From contig DNOY01000251.1 of NCBI GenBank assembly GCA_003501765.1, positions 4,146 through 30,377 on the forward strand: a stretch of 26,232 bases of DNA, read 5' to 3'. The position numbers were made by a program, and so were the translations under genes. Source of the DNA: Cyanobacteria bacterium UBA11367 (GTDB lineage: Bacteria; Cyanobacteriota; Cyanobacteriia; Cyanobacteriales; Coleofasciculaceae). Positions 1 to 8,847 of this stretch are shown here, piece by piece. The notes beneath the pieces are model-generated. The model was given only the letters and a program-made list of their open reading frames with translations. It had not been told where the DNA came from and made no database searches. Numbering within the stretch: the stretch's first letter is position 1; each line of letters begins with the position of its first letter.

Positions 1-16
1 GGAAAAAGTCATCAAA

Positions 17-55
17 CCCTCTCCCCTACTCCCCTGCTCCCCCTCATTCAAAACA
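17..55. repeat. C/T-rich dispersed repeat (ctcccctactcccctgctccccctc), related to copies at 11948-11985 and 14866-14905
   Basis: Direct reading shows the shared motif 'ctcccc(c)tactcc..gctcccc' at 11948-11985. It also resembles 14866-14905, which lies inside a CDS. Confidence 0.4.
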
Positions 56-104
56 GATACAGCGGGCACTGCTGTAACAGCCAAAAACCAACAACCAATG
101 AAGA

Positions 105-125
105 ATTAGTCATTAGCCATTAGCA
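105..125. repeat. STRR-like heptamer tandem repeat (ATTAGTC/ATTAGCC, 3 units)
   Basis: The sequence is attagtc attagcc attagca. It overlaps the last codons (LMAND-stop) of the minus-strand aminotransferase. The same CATTAGC heptamer recurs at 19810-19830. Confidence 0.6.
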
Positions 126-1299
126 CTTCCACCAACTTATCAATATCTTCAAAATTGCTAAAATAATGAAGGCAAGCACGAATGCAATCTGGATCCCGGA
201 GAGTGCGCAACAAAAAGCCTTGTTCCTCCAAAGATTTGACTAATTGATGAGATGATTTGCCATTAGTTAAGACAAAGGAAACTAGGCCAGATTGGGGTGG
301 TGAAGTTAATAAACAGCGGACTGATTTTACCTCAGATAAACGCTGCCACAGATACTTACTCAGTTGACAAATTTGCTGGTAACGAGCTTCTCCAGTGCCC
401 CATGATTGATGAAGTGCGATTGCGGCTTGCACTCCCTTATACAAAGGATAGGCTGAAGTCGCCACTTCAAAACGTCGGGCATCAGGTTGCCAACCAATCG
501 GTTGTCCGACTTTATCTACAATAATACCGCGCCAACCAATAAAGGTAGGATTAAGTTCTTCTAGTACTTCAGGTTTGATATACAAACCACCAATGCCTCC
601 TGGTCCGCACCACCATTTGTGACATGTAAAAGCATAGAAATCTACTTCTAATTCTGTTAAGTTTAATGGCAAAAGTCCGACAGATTGGGCTGCATCCACT
701 AAAATTTTTACAGGTTGACTATGAGGAGAGTAATCGCGACAAGCTTTGACTATTTCTGCTAATGGTAAAACTTGTCCTGTATTCCATAAAACATGACTCA
801 ATACTACTAATTTGGTGCTAGGTTGGAGATGTTGGAGAATGACTTCTGTGGGATTTCCTTCATTCAAAGTTGCCATAATTGGACAAAAAGAGAATTCCAC
901 TTCAAACCGTTGTGCAATTTCTTGGACTGTGGCAATGATACCAGGATGTTCGCAATCAGTGAGGAGAATGCGATCGCCTTTTTGCCAGTTAATTCCCCAC
1001 AAGGCAATATTACAGCCAACTGTGACATCTTCGGTGAGGGCGATTGTTTCTTTGGATACTCCTATTTCTGAGGCAATTGCACCTCGGGTAAGATTAGCTT
1101 CTGCGATTACCCAATCATTTACTTTACCAGAGAAAGGTCCGGCTTCCTGAATATAGTGATAGGCTTTTTGAATAGCGGTGATAGATTCTTGTGGTAGAGG
1201 ACCTTGACCGCCAAAATTAAAATATCTTTTGTTGGCTAAGGCTGGGAATTTCTGTCGGTATTGGGCAATTGATAGGGATGGATTGGTAATGCTCGTCAT
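106..1299 (-). CDS. Class V (fold-type I) PLP-dependent aminotransferase / cysteine-desulfurase-family enzyme
   Basis: The track gives ORF 106..1359, which starts on TTG. The ATG at 1299 (MTSITNPSLSIAQYRQKFPAL) is the more plausible start. Class-V signatures present are 'YFNFGGQGPLP', 'LSHVLWNTGQVLPL' and 'FTCHKWWCGPGGIGGLYIKPE', with the PLP-lysine-type HK motif. The stop is TAA at 106-108. Confidence 0.8.
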   Translation of the reverse strand: MTSITNPSLSIAQYRQKFPALANKRYFNFGGQGPLPQESITAIQKAYHYIQEAGPFSGKVNDWVIAEANLTRGAIASEIGVSKETIALTEDVTVGCNIALWGINWQKGDRILLTDCEHPGIIATVQEIAQRFEVEFSFCPIMATLNEGNPTEVILQHLQPSTKLVVLSHVLWNTGQVLPLAEIVKACRDYSPHSQPVKILVDAAQSVGLLPLNLTELEVDFYAFTCHKWWCGPGGIGGLYIKPEVLEELNPTFIGWRGIIVDKVGQPIGWQPDARRFEVATSAYPLYKGVQAAIALHQSWGTGEARYQQICQLSKYLWQRLSEVKSVRCLLTSPPQSGLVSFVLTNGKSSHQLVKSLEEQGFLLRTLRDPDCIRACLHYFSNFEDIDKLVEVLMAND

Positions 1300-1717
1300 G
1301 GCAGTAATTGGGAAGATATAGCAATCCTTATTTTGCACTAAATATTGGTCAATCTCCAATTCTGTATTCCTGAGAGCCTAAAGTTATATAAAATACTCAG
1401 TATCTGGAACCGATCGCATTTATAAATTGAAACCCAGGATCTATTTCTCGAAGGCATGAGGGGTCATACCCCTCTTGTGTCATAAATAATTAACTGATAT
1501 TAAATACTTATTAAGTGCAGGAGCTTTTCGTTAGCTGTGCCATTATTACCTGTTAGATATAGAAAGCTAATCAGGTGGAAAAAAGAGATAGAGTTTTCAG
1601 CATTTTTGGCTATTTCAGATTAAGTTTTGTCACCTAATTTTTTGGTCGTATTCCGGTACGTCCACTAGATTACTATCGGTAAATGAGAAAAGTTTTTCTG
1701 AATTGGAGTAAGTGCTT

Positions 1718-2494
1718 ATGAATCGAGAGCAATTCTATGCAACCATGGCAGGGAAAGGGACATTAGATTACGAAATCTACCTCAATACTCAAACCCTTCT
1801 CTCATGTCAAAAAGATTTTGACGATTTTTGTAACCAAGATGAACTTCAGTTTCAGATAGTCCATCAGTCTGAAGAACTTTGGATGAAACTAATCGCCTAT
1901 ACTCTCCTTAACATTGATGAGTATATACAAGATGAGAAAACAAATCTGGTATTAACTCTCTTCAATCGAGTTCATCGGATTCAAAAAATATTAATCGATC
2001 AATTGCCAATCCTGGAAACAATGTCACCCAAGGATTACCAAGAAATTCGTGCCAACTTAGGCAATGGTAGCGGACAGGAATCTCCAGGTTTTCGTACTTT
2101 AATGAAAATGTACAAACCTCTCTGGCAATCCTTTAAAACCTGTTACTTAGATCGACACCAATTGAATTTAGAGCAAATTTACAATACTGAGTATTCCCAT
2201 TGTGATGCTTACATGGTTGCCGAATCATTAGCTGAATATGATGAGTTATTCCAAAAATTCCGATACTATCATATTCAGCTTATTTATCGTACCATTGGGA
2301 TGGGTGCAAATTCTCTCAAAGGACGTTCAGTAGAGCTATTGAGAGAAGGAATGCAGAGTAAATTTTTCCCTGAACTTTGGGAAATTAGACATAAAATGAC
2401 CAATAATTGGGGTAAAGAATACGGTCAAATTAGAGATTCTCTCGGTCAAAATTTAGAAACATCCCAGCAAGAAAAAGTAATGGTTGAAGTGTGA
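1718..2494 (+). CDS. kynA: Tryptophan 2,3-dioxygenase
   Basis: The translation carries the TDO hallmarks 'LDYEIYLNTQTLLSCQ' and 'ELQFQIVHQSEELWMKL', matching the bacterial KynA pattern 'LxYxxYLxLdxLLsaQ...hDExlFIvxHQxxELWxKL'. The track ORF starts at GTG 1712. A GGAG at 1705-1708 sits 9 nt before the ATG at 1718, so I prefer 1718. Confidence 0.8.
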   Translation: MNREQFYATMAGKGTLDYEIYLNTQTLLSCQKDFDDFCNQDELQFQIVHQSEELWMKLIAYTLLNIDEYIQDEKTNLVLTLFNRVHRIQKILIDQLPILETMSPKDYQEIRANLGNGSGQESPGFRTLMKMYKPLWQSFKTCYLDRHQLNLEQIYNTEYSHCDAYMVAESLAEYDELFQKFRYYHIQLIYRTIGMGANSLKGRSVELLREGMQSKFFPELWEIRHKMTNNWGKEYGQIRDSLGQNLETSQQEKVMVEV

Positions 2495-3627
2495 ATAAAC
2501 AGGATTTTTTCATTCCCAATGGCATCTATCTCTTAAATCATTCCGTAGGATGTCTCCCGCGCACAACTGCCTTCGCGAAGGAAGAGTTTTTCGAGATGTG
2601 GAAATTGAAAGGGGGTGAAGCGTGGGGAGAATGGCTGAGTTTGCTAGACGGATTTTGCCACTCTCTTGCCACATTACTCAATGGACATCCCGATGAGTTT
2701 TGCCCCCAGACTAATTTGTCTTCAGCTATCTCGAAAATTTTGCTGTCTCTTCCTCTCCGTCGAGACAGAAATAAAATCTTAATTTCTGAAATGGATTTTC
2801 CCTCAATGGGATTTGCTATTTCTCAGATGAAAAGAATGGGATATCAGCTTGAAGTAATCCCTGCAAAAAATGGCAGGTTGTCTCTGGAAAGCTGGAAAAA
2901 GTATCTCAAACCAGATGTGGAATTGGCATTGATTACCCATGTTATTTATGGGAATAGTTTCCTCAATCGTGTCCAAGATATCCTTGACTATGCCAAGGCA
3001 GAAGGAATTATTACGGTGGTGGATATTGCCCAATCGGTTGGGGTTGTACCTATTAATCTCCGGCAATGGAATGGAGACTTTGTAATTGGTTCCTGTATTA
3101 AGTGGTTATGTGGGGGAGCAGGTGCAGGATTTATGTGGGTAAATTCTGAGAAAGTTACCAATTTTCAACCGATGGATGTAGGGTGGTTTTCTCATGAAAA
3201 TCCCTTTGAATTTGAGATTGATAATTTTCGCTATGCCCAAACTGCGAAACGGTTTTGGGGTGGTACTCCTTCTGTTTTACCTTTTGCGATCGCGAAATTA
3301 AGTATTGATACAATCAATCGTATCAGTGTCAATCGCATCCGACAACACAACCAAAGGCTAACACAACGTCTGATTGAGGTGGCTGTGGCGCAAAACTTGA
3401 AAGTCTTGACTCCTTTAGATTCTAGCCAACGTGGGGGGACAGTTGTAATTGCGTTTCCCAATCCCATGGAGGCTTATCAAAGATTCAAGGAAGCAAACAT
3501 TCTTATAGATATGAGACCTAATTTTGGTCTCCGCTTCTCGCCTCACATCTATAATGATGAGGCAGAAATCGATCGAATTCTTGATTTGCTAACCAGCGAT
3601 TGCCACTTATTACCAATTGCGTCCTAA
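2491..3627 (+). CDS. kynU: Kynureninase (class V PLP fold)
   Basis: The GTG start overlaps the kynA stop as 'GTGA' at 2491-2494, a translational-coupling arrangement. 'GIYLLNHSVGCLP', 'ITHVIYGNSF...VDIAQSVGVVPINL', 'GSCIKWLCGGAGAGFMWV' and 'VGWFSH' align with the kynureninase motifs 'VIYLDGNSLG', 'THVNYKTG', 'GCTYKYLNGGPGSQAFVWV' and 'SGWFGH', as recalled from memory. Confidence 0.75.
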   Translation: MNKQDFFIPNGIYLLNHSVGCLPRTTAFAKEEFFEMWKLKGGEAWGEWLSLLDGFCHSLATLLNGHPDEFCPQTNLSSAISKILLSLPLRRDRNKILISEMDFPSMGFAISQMKRMGYQLEVIPAKNGRLSLESWKKYLKPDVELALITHVIYGNSFLNRVQDILDYAKAEGIITVVDIAQSVGVVPINLRQWNGDFVIGSCIKWLCGGAGAGFMWVNSEKVTNFQPMDVGWFSHENPFEFEIDNFRYAQTAKRFWGGTPSVLPFAIAKLSIDTINRISVNRIRQHNQRLTQRLIEVAVAQNLKVLTPLDSSQRGGTVVIAFPNPMEAYQRFKEANILIDMRPNFGLRFSPHIYNDEAEIDRILDLLTSDCHLLPIAS

Positions 3628-3640
3628 ATCTTTCTTGTTT

Positions 3641-3699
3641 GTAGTAGGCACTTTAGTGCCTCAAAAGCTGATAATGTCAGGCACTAAAGTGCTTACTAC
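3641..3699. terminator. 20-bp inverted repeat (1 G·U/mismatch) with 19-nt spacer between convergent kynU and kinase genes
   Basis: The arms are gtagtaggcactttagtgcc (3641-3660) and ggcactaaagtgcttactac (3680-3699). The inner part ggcactttagtgcc is itself palindromic. No U-tract follows on either strand, so the terminator role is inferred only from its position between two gene ends. Confidence 0.35.
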
Positions 3700-3725
3700 G
3701 AACCTTAACTATCAACTATCAACTA

Positions 3726-5150
3726 TTATTGGCTAATTGGAATTTCAATGATAAACTCACTTCCTCTACCAAATTCACTATTAAATGATAATTTACCTTG
3801 GTGCTTTTCCACAATTATTTGATAGCTAATTGTCAATCCCAAGCCCGTACCGGAGCCAACAGGTTTTGTCGTAAAAAATGCGTCAAATAGTCTCCTTTGG
3901 ACATCTTCTGTCATCCCCAATCCATTATCGCTAATAGAGATGGTTATGCGATTATTATCAACGACATCAGTTTTAATCTTAATTGTAGGAATGGGACAAA
4001 GATCCAAGTCGCAAGTCTGATTTTTCAACTCAGAATCTCTTTCCTGAAGTAGGACACACGAAGCAACAGATAAACTCCTCCTTTCCTCAATATTTTTATT
4101 ATCCATTCCCGATTTCTTAATTTTATCCTCTAGCGCATCAATAGCATTAACCAAAATATTCATAAATACTTGGTTAATTTGACCTGCATTACATCTGACT
4201 TTAGGTAAGTCACCGTATTCTTTAATTGCATAAATTTCGGGCTTTTTACCTTTAGCTTTGAGGCGATGGTGCAATAGTAAAAGCGTGCTATCTATCCCTT
4301 CATGAATATCAGTTAATTTCCGTTGGGCTTCATCAATATGGCAGAAATTTTTTAGTAATAACACAATTTGGCAAATTCGTTCCGCACCTACCTCCATCGA
4401 TTTCAGCATTTTTGGTAAGTCTTCTTCTAAAAATTCTAAATCTAATTCCTCAATTTTATCATTAATTTCTGGTGTAGAATTACCGTAGGTTTTTTGATAT
4501 AGTTCAATTAGTTCTAAGATTTGTTGAGTATATTGCTTGGTAAGAGAAAGATTGCTATAAATAAAGTTGAGCGGGTTGTTAATTTCGTGAGCTACACCTG
4601 CTACCATCTGACCGATACTTGACATTTTATCGGCTTGAAATAGTTGGGTTTGAGTTTTTTGTAACTTTTTTAATGTCTCTTCAAGTTCTAAGGTTCTTTG
4701 CCTTTCTTTGGCTTGGGATCGCAACAATTCTTCATTTTGTTTTTCCAGTTGCTTTTGCAGATTTCTCAGGGTTAAATGGGTTTTGACTCGACACAATACC
4801 TCTGTGGGTTGAATCGGTTTGGTAATGTAATCAACTGCCCCCACATTAAACCCAGTAACTTTATCTCCTGTATCGCACAGCGCTGTCATAAAAATTACAG
4901 GAATATCTTGAGTTGCTTGGTTGGCTTTTAATAAGCTACAGGTTTGAAAGCCATCAATTCCCGGCATCATCACATCTAGCAAAATTAGATCTGGCTTACT
5001 ATATTCTGCTTGCTGAATGGCACTCTCACCATCTAGCGCCACCAAAACCTTAAATCCCGCATCTGTTAAATACTCGAAGATTAACCCTAAATTGGTGGGA
5101 TTGTCATCAACGATTAAGATTTTGCTTGTTTCATTGCTTTCCACAGTCAT
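3726..5150 (-). CDS. Hybrid two-component protein: N-terminal receiver (REC) - coiled coil - HisKA - HATPase_c
   Basis: The REC domain is 'ILIVDDNPTNLGL...PDLILLDVMMPGIDGF...PVIFMTA'. The H-box is 'AHEINNPLNFI'. The C-terminal ATPase G-boxes are 'DNGLGM' and 'GSGTGLGLTIS'. The start is ATG at 5150. Confidence 0.85.
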   Translation of the reverse strand: MTVESNETSKILIVDDNPTNLGLIFEYLTDAGFKVLVALDGESAIQQAEYSKPDLILLDVMMPGIDGFQTCSLLKANQATQDIPVIFMTALCDTGDKVTGFNVGAVDYITKPIQPTEVLCRVKTHLTLRNLQKQLEKQNEELLRSQAKERQRTLELEETLKKLQKTQTQLFQADKMSSIGQMVAGVAHEINNPLNFIYSNLSLTKQYTQQILELIELYQKTYGNSTPEINDKIEELDLEFLEEDLPKMLKSMEVGAERICQIVLLLKNFCHIDEAQRKLTDIHEGIDSTLLLLHHRLKAKGKKPEIYAIKEYGDLPKVRCNAGQINQVFMNILVNAIDALEDKIKKSGMDNKNIEERRSLSVASCVLLQERDSELKNQTCDLDLCPIPTIKIKTDVVDNNRITISISDNGLGMTEDVQRRLFDAFFTTKPVGSGTGLGLTISYQIIVEKHQGKLSFNSEFGRGSEFIIEIPISQ

Positions 5151-5464
5151 ATCCCGCCAGCCTTCCTATCTAATTCTCTTTCTCTTATTATTTTCTAAAT
5201 GACACTGTTTTAATAAATACTTAACAATTTATTACAAATCCCGATCTAACTAGTTGGATAAAAGTAACCTGTACAGTCTTAAGTCCATTGTTTTAAGTTT
5301 TGTTATCAATACCGGAGTGGTAAAAGAGGATAATTTAAAATTTTCATGAAACTTAACATAGTTGAATATATTTAAAGCTAACTAGTTATAGAATATCTCC
5401 TATTTGAATAATTTTCTTTCACATTACACCTCTCACTTATCAGATAGTTTTTGAGCTTAATCAA

Positions 5465-8400
5465 TCAAATACTACCGTTATATTGTTCGATAATTTCTCG
5501 CAATTGTTTCAGCTTAAATCTTTTAGCAAGCTGACGAATGTGGGTGGCTAAATTATCAAATTTACTATCTAATTTTTCGAGGTAATCTGCTCGCTCGATA
5601 ATTCCTTTAATATCACCCATTTTCACTAATTCTCCTAGCGTGGTAAGTTCAGAAACTGGTAAGCTGGCAACTATGAGTGAATTAGGATGGGGCGATCTAT
5701 TTTTCTCAGATTCGCGATCTTCGTAAATCCATTCTAGTCCTAAATGGTAAGAAATCACATTCAAAAGATTCTTTGATTTGACAGGTTTGGGAATAAAAGA
5801 TTGACAACCTGCTGCCAAACTTTCTTCCTGAATTGTCTGGGAAACACTTGCGGATAATGCGATGGTAACTGTATCTCTAAGCTGAGGTAGCTTCCGCAGT
5901 CTTCGGGTAGCTTCTAATCCATCTATGTTTGGCATAATCAAATCCATTAAAATCAAATCCGGTACAAAATCTACAGCTTGCTTGAGGCAGTCTTCCGCAT
6001 CTACTGCTTCCTTAATTTCAAATCCTAATGGTTTTAGTATTGCTAATAAAAGAGTACGGTTAACTCTATTATCATCGACAATCAAGATTTTGTGTTTCTC
6101 CCCTTTAAAACTAACAATCCGCCGATTTAGGGGTGGAGGAGCTTCTTCCCATTGGGAAACTGTAGGCAATTCTAAATCAAACCAAAATACACTCCCTTTA
6201 CCCGGAGCACTAGTGACATGAATTTCGCTATTCATTAGTTGAGCTAATTTTTGACTGATACCAAGTCCAAGTCCACTTCCTTCAGAGATATGAGTAGAAT
6301 CTCGCACTTGATGGAATGGCAAAAATATTTTTGCTAATTGATTAGGTGATATACCAATACCAGTATCTTCAATTTGAAAGCGGATTTTGGTAGTTGTGGG
6401 TTGTGGGTTGTGGGTTATGGGTTGTGGGTTATTGATTATTGGTCGAGGGCAGAGAGAATTAGTCCTTTTTTTTATAGTGAATTTTGACTTGTGAATTGGT
6501 TTATATGTTGTTGGCTCTATATATGAGTAATTAGTCATATTTCTGAATTTTGACTTGTGAATCTTGACAGGTGAAGTGGGGGAATATCCTACTTTTAAAT
6601 TTACTTCTCCTCGATCGGTAAACTTGATAGCATTACTGAGTAAATTGCTAATAATTTGCCGCAATCGTTTCTCATCGCCAATAATTCCGTTAGGTAGGGG
6701 TGACAACTGTTCGTAAGTAAATGTAATGTCTTTTTGTTCGGCACGTATTTGAAACAAATTGGCAAGACTTTTGAGGAAATTAGGAAGATGAAACTCTGTG
6801 GGAGATAGCTCCATTTTCTGGGCTTCAATTTTGGATAGATCTAAAATATCTTCAATCAGAGTAAGTAGATGTTCGCCACATTGGTAAATTATGTTTAGAA
6901 TATTCTGTTCTTCTTCGGTTAAATTACTGTCATTTTTTAAGATTTGAGTGTAGCCAAATATGCCATTAAGGGGAGTACGGAGTTCATGGCTCATATTTGC
7001 CAGGAATTCACTTTTGGCACGGTTGGCTACTTCTGCGGCTTCTTTGGCTTGTTGGAATGCTGCTTCTTGTTGCTTGCGATCGCTAATATCGATATAAGCA
7101 ACTACTGCTCCATAATTGGGGAGAGGAATGGGTGCAGCAGTAGCACTTAACCATACAACTTTTCCATCTGGCTTGACAATTCCTGCTTCAAAGTTTTCAA
7201 TTACTTTGTTTTCTTTTAAGGCTTTCATGGGGGCAAATTCAGAGCGAGGAATTTGACTGCCATCACTGCTAATAATTGACCATTTTTTATGGTTAAAGTC
7301 GCATTCAATGCCTTCATCATCAGACAAGCATAAAAATTTTTCGGCTCCGGTATTGGCTTCGATGGTATTGCCCCATTTATCTGTTAGAGAAATGCCAATA
7401 GGTAAAATTTCAAAGAGGGTTTGATACTTTAATTCGCTTTCGCGCAAGGCTTCTTCCATTCGTTTGCGATCGCTAATATTGCGAGATATGCCCCGATAAC
7501 CGCAAAATTGCCCCTTTTCATCAAAGATGGCAACGCCACTGGTTTCCAAAACTACTGCATGTCCATCTTTGTGGATGAAGGTATTTTCCATACAAGTAAA
7601 TGAATCGTGGCTGGAAAAAATATCGTCAAAAAAATGGGCAAGGCGATTCGCATCCCGCCAACTCATGAAATTATATGGAGATTGATCTTGAATTTCCGCT
7701 ACACTGTAGCCCAATAAATCTATAACTTTAGGACTGATGTAGCGATAAACTCGGTCTCTATCCATTTCCCACACCCAATCGCTGGTAGTTTCTACTAAAT
7801 TTCTGAATCTTTCTTCACTTTTACGCAACTTTTTCTCGGCTTGTTGCCGTTTCCTCAGAGCAGCTTGCTGTTCGTTAATATCTTCACATACTGTAGTAAC
7901 ATATTGTGGTAATCCTCGCTCGTTTTTGATTGAGGATACTGTTAATCTACCCCAAACAATCACACCATCTTTACGGATATATCTTTTATCAATTGTGTAG
8001 CTTTTTCGTTTGCCTTGCAATAGGGAAACAAACAAATCTCGATCCAGGGATAGATCCTCTGGATGGGTAAATTCGGCAAAATTAATTCCGACTATTTCGG
8101 TGGGAGAGTAGCCGAGAAAACGACAATTAGCTTCATTGCTGGCAAGGACAAACCCATCGAGATTCACTAGAGCAATTCCTACAGATATATTATCAAAAAT
8201 TGAGCGAAATCTTTCTTCACTTTCTCGGAGTGCGGCTTCCACTTGTTGACGAATCTTGCGGGATTCTTCCCTAACTTCAATTTGGGATTTTATCTCTCGA
8301 TTTCCATATTTTACCTCCTCTTTGTGTAGATTGGAAATATCGGTGGCAATACTATCAATTCGGATCGCTTTGCGATTTGAATTTCTGTTTAATCGCCATC

Positions 8401-8704
8401 GATGAGATAGCCAGCGAGTTTCTCCACTAGGGTGGAGGATTCGATACTCTAAATTCAGTATCCCTAGGGAGAATATCAAGGGTAGTTGATATTCTACTCG
8501 ATCCCGATCTTCAGGATGAATTACTTCTTTCCATAGATACTTATTTTCAATAAATTCAGAGAAATCTCGTCCGTATACAGTTGCCGCACTTGCACTTAAG
8601 CAAAGGCTTTCCCAAGTCATCGGGTTTACTGATAAAGCTACCTCGCTAAAATTTTTGAGAATATCTTCCAACCATTTCTGGTTTGCTCTACCTGTTTTCT
8701 TCAT
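5465..8704 (-). CDS. Multi-PAS sensor hybrid histidine kinase (PAS x3-4, HisKA, HATPase_c with large insertion, REC, ~120-aa unassigned C-terminal tail)
   Basis: PAS-like segments include 'TSDWVWEMD', 'NISVGIALVNLDG' and 'PIGISLTDKWGN'. The H-box is 'MSHELRTPLNGI', the N-box 'LLSNAIKFT', and the G-boxes 'DTGIGI' and 'GSGLGLGIS'. The REC domain is 'ILIVDDNRVNR...DLILMDLIMPNIDG'. The start is ATG at 8704. Confidence 0.85.
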   Translation of the reverse strand: MKKTGRANQKWLEDILKNFSEVALSVNPMTWESLCLSASAATVYGRDFSEFIENKYLWKEVIHPEDRDRVEYQLPLIFSLGILNLEYRILHPSGETRWLSHRWRLNRNSNRKAIRIDSIATDISNLHKEEVKYGNREIKSQIEVREESRKIRQQVEAALRESEERFRSIFDNISVGIALVNLDGFVLASNEANCRFLGYSPTEIVGINFAEFTHPEDLSLDRDLFVSLLQGKRKSYTIDKRYIRKDGVIVWGRLTVSSIKNERGLPQYVTTVCEDINEQQAALRKRQQAEKKLRKSEERFRNLVETTSDWVWEMDRDRVYRYISPKVIDLLGYSVAEIQDQSPYNFMSWRDANRLAHFFDDIFSSHDSFTCMENTFIHKDGHAVVLETSGVAIFDEKGQFCGYRGISRNISDRKRMEEALRESELKYQTLFEILPIGISLTDKWGNTIEANTGAEKFLCLSDDEGIECDFNHKKWSIISSDGSQIPRSEFAPMKALKENKVIENFEAGIVKPDGKVVWLSATAAPIPLPNYGAVVAYIDISDRKQQEAAFQQAKEAAEVANRAKSEFLANMSHELRTPLNGIFGYTQILKNDSNLTEEEQNILNIIYQCGEHLLTLIEDILDLSKIEAQKMELSPTEFHLPNFLKSLANLFQIRAEQKDITFTYEQLSPLPNGIIGDEKRLRQIISNLLSNAIKFTDRGEVNLKVGYSPTSPVKIHKSKFRNMTNYSYIEPTTYKPIHKSKFTIKKRTNSLCPRPIINNPQPITHNPQPTTTKIRFQIEDTGIGISPNQLAKIFLPFHQVRDSTHISEGSGLGLGISQKLAQLMNSEIHVTSAPGKGSVFWFDLELPTVSQWEEAPPPLNRRIVSFKGEKHKILIVDDNRVNRTLLLAILKPLGFEIKEAVDAEDCLKQAVDFVPDLILMDLIMPNIDGLEATRRLRKLPQLRDTVTIALSASVSQTIQEESLAAGCQSFIPKPVKSKNLLNVISYHLGLEWIYEDRESEKNRSPHPNSLIVASLPVSELTTLGELVKMGDIKGIIERADYLEKLDSKFDNLATHIRQLAKRFKLKQLREIIEQYNGSI
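6395..6572. repeat. Repetitive block inside the kinase CDS: GTGGGTT heptamer array (6395-6443) plus two perfect 18-bp direct repeats gaattttgacttgtgaat (6492-6509, 6555-6572)
   Basis: Direct reading of the DNA. On the minus strand it encodes 'NNPQPITHNPQPTT' and a duplicated 'IHKSKF' between the N-box and the G1-box of the ATPase domain. Confidence 0.7.
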
Positions 8705-8730
8705 TTGTTTATGTGGGAGGTTAGAAATTA

Positions 8731-8808
8731 GTTGACAGTTGACAGTTGACAGTTAATAGTTACTCATATTCGCTTTCTATCAATTATCTCCTATCAATTG
8801 TCAATTAT
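8731..8808. repeat. STRR heptamer arrays (GTTGACA x3.4, then CTATCAA-type units)
   Basis: The sequence is gttgaca gttgaca gttgaca gtta..., followed by ctatcaattatctcctatcaattgtcaatt. The same GTTGACA unit recurs at 13366-13406. Confidence 0.7.
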
Positions 8809-8847
8809 TCCCCATTCTCCCAAAATCAGTAATTTTTCACAAGATAT

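Noticed and set aside
297-1150. Plus-strand ORFs (297-524, 812-1150, 823-1071) inside the minus-strand aminotransferase
   Set aside because: They lie antisense to a strongly supported CDS and have no motifs. They are typical shadow ORFs.
2803-3467. Minus-strand ORFs inside kynU
   Set aside because: They are antisense shadow ORFs.
5017-5202. 61-aa plus-strand ORF overlapping the kinase start
   Set aside because: It lies antisense to the REC domain and is a low-complexity translation.
8731-8757. Heptamer tandem arrays considered as CRISPR
   Set aside because: The units are 7 bp with no spacers, and no cas genes are present. These are STRR-type repeats.
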